Source: Bacteroidales bacterium
GTDB taxonomy: Bacteria; Bacteroidota; Bacteroidia; Bacteroidales; UBA3663
NCBI GenBank assembly: GCA_045600485.1
Contig: JAZRXX010000084.1
Location: 7,449 to 71,448, forward strand
Reading direction: 5' to 3'
DNA length: 64,000 bases
Below are positions 61,201-64,000 of this stretch, piece by piece; the first letter of the stretch is position 1; the number at the start of each line of letters is the position of its first letter. The position numbers and the translations under genes are program-made. A model generated the notes under the pieces. The model was not told the origin of the DNA. It saw only the letters and a program-made list of their open reading frames with translations, and ran no database searches.

Positions 61201-62364
61201 GTCCTTGCTGCCGAGTTGCTGAATACGCTCCAAGAACATGATCAGACCATCATTCGTGCTGGTCTTCAGCACCTCCGTAAACTTCTCCACATCGAGGCCA
61301 ACCTGGGCGGCAACCTCACCTGGCTTCTGGAAGAGCATCATGGTCAGTTTGCCGAGGGCAGACGCGGACATCTCCGTCTTCTGGCCGTTAGCGTCGAGAG
61401 TAGCGCCGAAAGCCAGCAGCTGCGGAATCGTCAGATCGGCCTGAGCGCCTACACCAGCCATGCGTTGCGTAAACTCCACCAAGTATTGCTTGGATGCAGT
61501 ACAGTTCTGCGAGAGGACGTTGACAGCAGAACCAACGCTGAGCATGGCGTCGCGCGTACCCATATCCTTCTCCACGCCGAAGATGTTCGAGAGTTTAGCG
61601 ATGGTCTGAGTGGCACCGTTACCGAGGTCGACAAGCGCCACATTGATGATGTCAGCAGCTTCAACGTAGCCCTTGACGTCCTCAATCGTGTTCTTACCGA
61701 GACGACCTGCTTCCTGAGCAAGTTCGTTGAGTTGAGCACGGGAAGAACGGGTGCTCATGTTCTTGAAAGCAGTATTCAGTTCTTCCACTTCGTCCACCGT
61801 CAGACCTGTGTATTTGCGTGTGTTGGCCAGTTCCTCATCCATCTCAGCATAGGCATTGACGGCAGAACGACCAGCCATGACAAGACCGGTCACGGCAGCA
61901 GCAGCCCCCATGATGGTAGTCTGCCAGTCATTCATCACGCGATTGAAGCGAGTCCAGAAGGATTCAGTATCTCTCAGGTGCATATTCACCGCCTGGATCT
62001 CAGCCTTCACCATCTTGATCTTGGCACAATGGGCATCCCAGGCAGGAGTCCCACGTTCAATAAGATCGAGTTGCTTATTGAGCGTTGCGAGGGTCTTCTG
62101 CAATTCCTTAGGGGTTGCCTTATCAAGATGGCGCATCACATTCTCCACCTGTTGGGTAGCAGATTCAATTTCACGGATTTGGCGTTTCGTGTCGGTCAGT
62201 TCCCGACGGAGGCGCTTCAAATCCGTCTTATTACCAGCGGCAGCAGCCTTAGCGATGGCGCTTTCCAGGTTCAGAGCATTTGCACGAAGTTTCTGCAAAG
62301 TCTCTTCCGCTTGCTGACCGTTCACATTCAGGGTGACGGTCGCTTTAGTATTGAGTTCACTCAT
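58240..62364 (-). CDS. Phage tail tape-measure protein
   Basis: About 1,374 aa from ATG 62364 (MSELNTKATVTL). It has long coiled coils, internal TM-like hydrophobic segments and a TMP-core-like region (ELANTRKYTGLTVDEVEEL...MAGVGAQADLTIPQLLAFGATLDANGQ). A conserved C-terminal GYSKGGFTKDG...AGVVHAGEWVAS motif is also present. The track start 62469 would include the promoter box. Confidence 0.85.
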   Translation of the reverse strand: MSELNTKATVTLNVNGQQAEETLQKLRANALNLESAIAKAAAAGNKTDLKRLRRELTDTKRQIREIESATQQVENVMRHLDKATPKELQKTLATLNKQLDLIERGTPAWDAHCAKIKMVKAEIQAVNMHLRDTESFWTRFNRVMNDWQTTIMGAAAAVTGLVMAGRSAVNAYAEMDEELANTRKYTGLTVDEVEELNTAFKNMSTRSSRAQLNELAQEAGRLGKNTIEDVKGYVEAADIINVALVDLGNGATQTIAKLSNIFGVEKDMGTRDAMLSVGSAVNVLSQNCTASKQYLVEFTQRMAGVGAQADLTIPQLLAFGATLDANGQKTEMSASALGKLTMMLFQKPGEVAAQVGLDVEKFTEVLKTSTNDGLIMFLERIQQLGSKDGLAVLAPLFKDLGMDGVRMSQVLATLAEHLDMVKWEQEEANKAFKEASSASHEYEIFNNTVQAGLDKAKKRIAELSVELGEKLLPIMRHVYSSTSLTLRFLSLVVDFVIKYHKEIISGTAALVAYKVAINASNLAFKAHYAWVTLTQAAHKAGAAVMATYRTAVLYCSVAYNKLTGNLERAAAAQRALNSAQKANLWGLIAAAIAAVIVYLIQYEKELTQEQKIEKEMKGIKAEATKQMEEERLQLNLLRDAAMNENLTLDERKAAIERLNGIIPDYNAYLDETSGKYVENKVALDEYINSLVRKYEIEGAEDKLKAIGKAKTDLNLEMNTKQKEKSELEEKAAKEIDANKKKPQQATGHGRSAVDTDLGYIYDTANASWDAAIEKKQAEIDAIDKQLREQEALEKQIMEVYGKDLQKAAIKQAAVVEDNSDPDFDPNAEDPKNKFAAEKEWKEREDALNRIAYAKGEKSYLAYTQRMNEIEIEFNQKKLKHTDLTATERLTIEASYYEALKKQSDAAHKQTVEEENASYNEQMAVLKQKFIDSEMTYEVYEEAIEQLDITHLNNLKNLQEEGSKERLNTEKQLQDKLLANQRKHQKEYEAAEKKHQDQLAKMKASYFGDNPQERQAKFDADMALLKEVYNAELAAAGDNAKEKLRIEEAFQKARLALMRKYNIEGADENMNFFEKWNDSVIEFLDSDLGSAISGSIDTLVSGMASIFQQMTTILQAELQIQTSNIERRYDREISLAEGNNFKVKRLEKQKEAEIAKAKKESNRKMFAMQVIQAVAQTASAAINAYSSAAAVPMVGYILAPIAAGMAIAAGAMQVAAIKKQQQASEAQGYSKGGFTKDGAVDEIAGVVHAGEWVASQSLTKNPRTRPLIEALDYAQRTNTIGNISSEDVSRSITAPAVLAQSAQSQAPQRVIIENNATVPEASPSGKELAEVLTSLKQRLDEPFITVNSVTGDTGMKQAQDEYDRLIRNKTPKYRR

Positions 62365-62384
62365 AGACAAATCATTTTTGTGCG

Positions 62385-62392
62385 CAAAAATA
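62385..62392 (-). promoter_or_regulatory. Bacteroidetes-type -7 box TAnnTTTG directly upstream of the tape-measure gene
   Basis: The minus strand reads TATTTTTG, 20 nt upstream of ATG 62364 and downstream of the 62475-62502 terminator. Confidence 0.5.
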
Positions 62393-62474
62393 CCGCTAAA
62401 AAACAGAGTCCGAAAAGACGTGCAGACAGCACTTTCATATCGACTTTTAGAAAGATTTGAAATTTTCAAGGACT

Positions 62475-62502
62475 CAAAAAGAAAACACGCTGAATATCAG
62501 CG
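62475..62502 (-). terminator. Intrinsic terminator candidate (minus strand)
   Basis: The minus strand reads CGCTGA-TAT-TCAGCG followed by TGTTTTCTTTTTG. It is preceded by an 11-12 bp hairpin (TCGAGGGGAAAA-GTA-TTTTCCCTTCG, about 62510-62536). It lies about 85 nt upstream of the TMP promoter box. Confidence 0.55.
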
Positions 62503-62682
62503 CAAAGGGGTCGAGGGGAAAAGTATTTTCCCTTCGTTTCCGCGAGAGCAGCCCCCGACCGCCCTGCGTAATAGGCACTTTGAAAATTTGAAAATCGTTG
62601 CGGAATATGTAAGGGAGTTTCGCAAAAATCGTTGTTCTACGCGCTTGCCGCTGAAATTTTGCCGCAAAGGTCGCGCTTCGCT

Positions 62683-62878
62683 GATGATGGAGAGAGTTTC
62701 GGGATTTCGACCGATGGAGAGGGTTTCGCTTCTGCTGACGATGGGGAGAGTTTCTGCATTTTGACCGATGGCAAAGGGTTTCGCTTTTGCTGACGATGGG
62801 GAGGGTTTCGGGATTTTGACCGATGGCAAAGGGTTTCGCTTCTACTGATGATGGAGAGGGTTTCGCTTTGCGATGACC
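62683..62878. repeat. Seven tandem degenerate 27/28-bp repeats
   Basis: The GATGG unit starts at 62686, 62713, 62740, 62767, 62795, 62822 and 62850. The consensus is GATGG-RGAG-GGTTTCG-(5-6 variable)-TTGAC(C). Two subtypes alternate (..GGGATTTTGACC and ..CTTCTGCTGAC), giving a super-period of about 55 bp. Confidence 0.9.
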
Positions 62879-62914
62879 GCCAACCGCTAACGCGCGGTGG
62901 AAGGCTTGCCTACG

Positions 62915-63008
62915 AAAAAGAAAAAAGGGCGGTAAAAGCAAGTATGAAGATGTTTTGCGTGCAATACCTATGGATTTGCATCCGAAATTTCTTCATTCTT
63001 GCTCGCCC
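62915..63008 (-). terminator. Long interrupted hairpin plus T-run (minus strand)
   Basis: Three helices stack: GGGCG(62927-31)/CGCCC(63004-08), GCAAG(62938-42)/CTTGC(62998-63002) and ATGAAGA(62944-50)/TCTTCAT(62990-96). On the minus strand the hairpin is followed by TTTTTTCTTTTT (62915-62926). Confidence 0.55.
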
Positions 63009-63147
63009 TGCGGATAAAGAATACTATTCGACGGATCTGCTTGTTGTGCGGCACGAAAGGGCAAGTGACGTAGGAACCTGCTTTTCATGCCAGCACATAA
63101 AAGGAAGATACGACGATTTGTATTCTATCCTGATGCCTTGGCATTAT

Positions 63148-63205
63148 GAGGTGGAACCTTGACTGAGGATTAGTGAAACCAAGACGAAGTGAAGAGGTGG
63201 AACCT
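63148..63205. repeat. 12-bp perfect direct repeat GAGGTGGAACCT x2 (46-bp spacing)
   Basis: The copies are at 63148-63159 and 63194-63205. A third GGAACCT is at 63073-63079. Confidence 0.85.
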
Positions 63206-63688
63206 GAGTAGGCAATGCCTGACATAGCCGAAGGCTTTAGGGAGAGAAAGGAGGACAATGCAGATGCGCGGTAGAGAACGGAATGGAGAGAACAGAAGCA
63301 TAGGGAGGGCAACAGCATAAGTGGACTCGTGTGGCGGACGCCCGCCACACATAAAGGAAGCCGTAGGAATGTGGAGGACACCTATGCTATTGCCAGACCG
63401 GTGAGCCGTATGTCGGTGTGGCAGAACAGAGTGCCATGCTCTTGCGAAGGAAAAAGGCATCATCTATTCGCTGCTATAGGAACGGAATATAGAGCCTGGT
63501 GTTCAGGCGTAGATGGAAGGTACTGGAATGAATGGAGAGCCGATGCAGTGATTTGTTGATGCCCCGTAGCAACAGCATAGCACTCCTGCCACACGGACAT
63601 CGGGCAATGCGCTATTCTCATAATGGAGGGCGTAACTGTGTGCAGATGCGTGTCCTCCTTTCTGGGTGGGTGGGGCTAGCGTAAGCTT

Positions 63689-63853
63689 ATGGCGTAAGCA
63701 AAAGGGCGCTGAAGGCGCGAGTGTGCAAAGCAAATGGGCTAAGACGAAGAGCAAAAAAGAAAGAGAGGATCCTGTCAAGGGTCCTCTCTGGAGTGATGAT
63801 TATGGCGAAGCGATAAGGCGCAGAAGGCGCGAATGGTGCGAAGCAGATGGACT
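63689..63853. repeat. Direct repeat pair of about 52 nt flanking the 63753-63789 hairpin
   Basis: The copies are ATGGCGTAAGCAAAAGGGCGCTGAAGGCGCGAGTGTGCAAAGCAAATGGGCT (63689-63740) and ATGGCGAAGCGATAAGGCGCAGAAGGCGCGAATGGTGCGAAGCAGATGGACT (63802-63853). Confidence 0.8.
63753..63789 (-). terminator. Intrinsic terminator candidate (minus strand)
   Basis: The minus strand reads AGAGAGGACCC-TTGACA-GGATCCTCTCT (8 bp, one mismatch, then 2 bp) followed by TTCTTTTTTGC. Confidence 0.6.
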
Positions 63854-64000
63854 TTAGTGATGTGCGAATGCAGAAAAGAGCGAATGCTGAAGGGTGCCGC
63901 TGCCGGCACTTGACAATGGCAATGGCTGCTATGTTTTTCGTAGAAATCATAGTAGCGATTGCTGAAAAGAGATAGGCAGAAAGATTACTTCCTACTATGT

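Larger units (their letters stand above)
62503..63752 (-). other. ORF-free, terminator-bounded interval (candidate structured non-coding RNA units)
   Basis: No protein-like ORF occurs in any frame. The interval is bounded and split by minus-strand hairpin+T-run terminators at 63753-63789, 62915-63008 and 62475-62502. See the findings for the helices and repeats. Confidence 0.45.
54868..64000. mobile_element. Integrated phage-like element (prophage or remnant); left end at the tRNA-Arg 3' side, right end beyond the window
   Basis: The tRNA is followed by an integrase, then a convergent tail module, then a non-coding repeat region. No second copy of the tRNA 3' end occurs inside the window, so attR is not visible. 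Confidence 0.6.

Noticed and set aside
60646-62460. A 604-aa ORF on the plus strand, antisense to the tape-measure gene.
   Set aside because: It lies entirely inside the TMP coding region and has an L/R/H/S/V-rich, motif-less composition typical of the antisense of Ala/Glu/Lys/Leu-rich coiled-coil genes, whose codons rarely give antisense stops. The TMP frame carries recognisable conserved TMP motifs.
62683-62878. A CRISPR array or TIGR-type guide array as the interpretation of the tandem repeats.
   Set aside because: The period is only 27-28 bp and every unit is a degenerate copy of a single consensus. There are no unique spacer segments, and no cas or Tas-like gene lies in the window.
63401-63440. 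GAGCCGTATG, which matches the 5' half of the group II intron domain V consensus.
   Set aside because: The complementary 3' half (..ATACGGTTC) is absent downstream, and no other intron domains or IEP ORF are visible.
63689-63853. A DGR template/variable repeat pair.
   Set aside because: The differences between the two copies of about 52 nt are A-G transitions in both directions plus indels, not adenine-specific substitutions in one copy. There is no reverse transcriptase and no target gene 3' end here.
62474-63950. ORFs of 60-155 aa on both strands in the region upstream of the TMP. I also considered that they are one gene hidden by stop-codon recoding, as occurs in some gut phages.
   Set aside because: The translations are not protein-like. 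The three co-framed minus ORFs (62474-62941, 63170-63463, 63503-63778) are separated by both a TGA (63503-05) and a TAA (63170-72). The plus frame I followed through 63160-63700 contains TGA, TAG and TAA. The flanking TMP and 595-aa genes are intact in the standard code.
62365-64000. A second copy of the tRNA-Arg 3' end (attR) inside the window, which would define a small island of about 8-9 kb.
   Set aside because: I found no match to GGTTTGAATCCCACCGGAATCA or its immediate flank in 55000-64000. GGGTTTCGGGATT in the tandem repeats is only a superficial resemblance.

Overview
This is a Bacteroidota-type chromosomal segment. The evidence is TAnnTTTG -7 promoter boxes, a class 3 FBPase, a TamB-like giant protein, and a Rho with a long N-terminal insertion. 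A Prevotella-like origin is only an inference. I had no tools, so every functional call rests on motifs I recognise in the supplied translations and on hand inspection of the DNA.

Positions 1-54.7 kb are densely packed, ordinary housekeeping genes: pyrD/pyrK, uvrB, fhs, an ABC-2 exporter pair, a Tat-signal aldo/keto reductase plus polyferredoxin, dnaJ, a DUF1343/NamZ-like gene, a TamB-like gene, rho, an ABC-F gene, recQ, topA, a GH3-family gene, metG, a split chromate-transporter pair, fbp, holB, rpoD, hemW, HIT, MBL, two rRNA-methyltransferase-like genes, a rhomboid, prmA and a UvrD-like helicase. A few oddities sit among them:
- an HUH/Y1 transposase-like domain protein, followed by in-frame 42-nt repeats
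- a secreted Tyr/Trp/His-rich plus Ser/Arg-rich low-complexity protein
- recurrent 7-bp-periodic AT-rich tracts just upstream of start codons

At 54,794 a tRNA-Arg(CCG) is followed by an IntDOT-like tyrosine integrase. Convergent with the integrase is a two-gene phage tail module: a 595-aa orphan and a tape-measure protein of about 1,374 aa. Together these look like the left end of a prophage or prophage remnant.

The most unusual part is 62,365-64,000, which runs to the window edge. It is more than 1.6 kb with no credible ORF on either strand. It is partitioned by three minus-strand hairpin-plus-T-run terminators. It contains seven tandem 27/28-bp repeats, several other direct-repeat families, and a nested set of long-range complementary segments that includes a 13-bp perfect pair. 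I read it as a candidate large structured non-coding RNA locus, or a DNA-level repeat organiser, carried by the mobile element. I do not recognise it as any described family.
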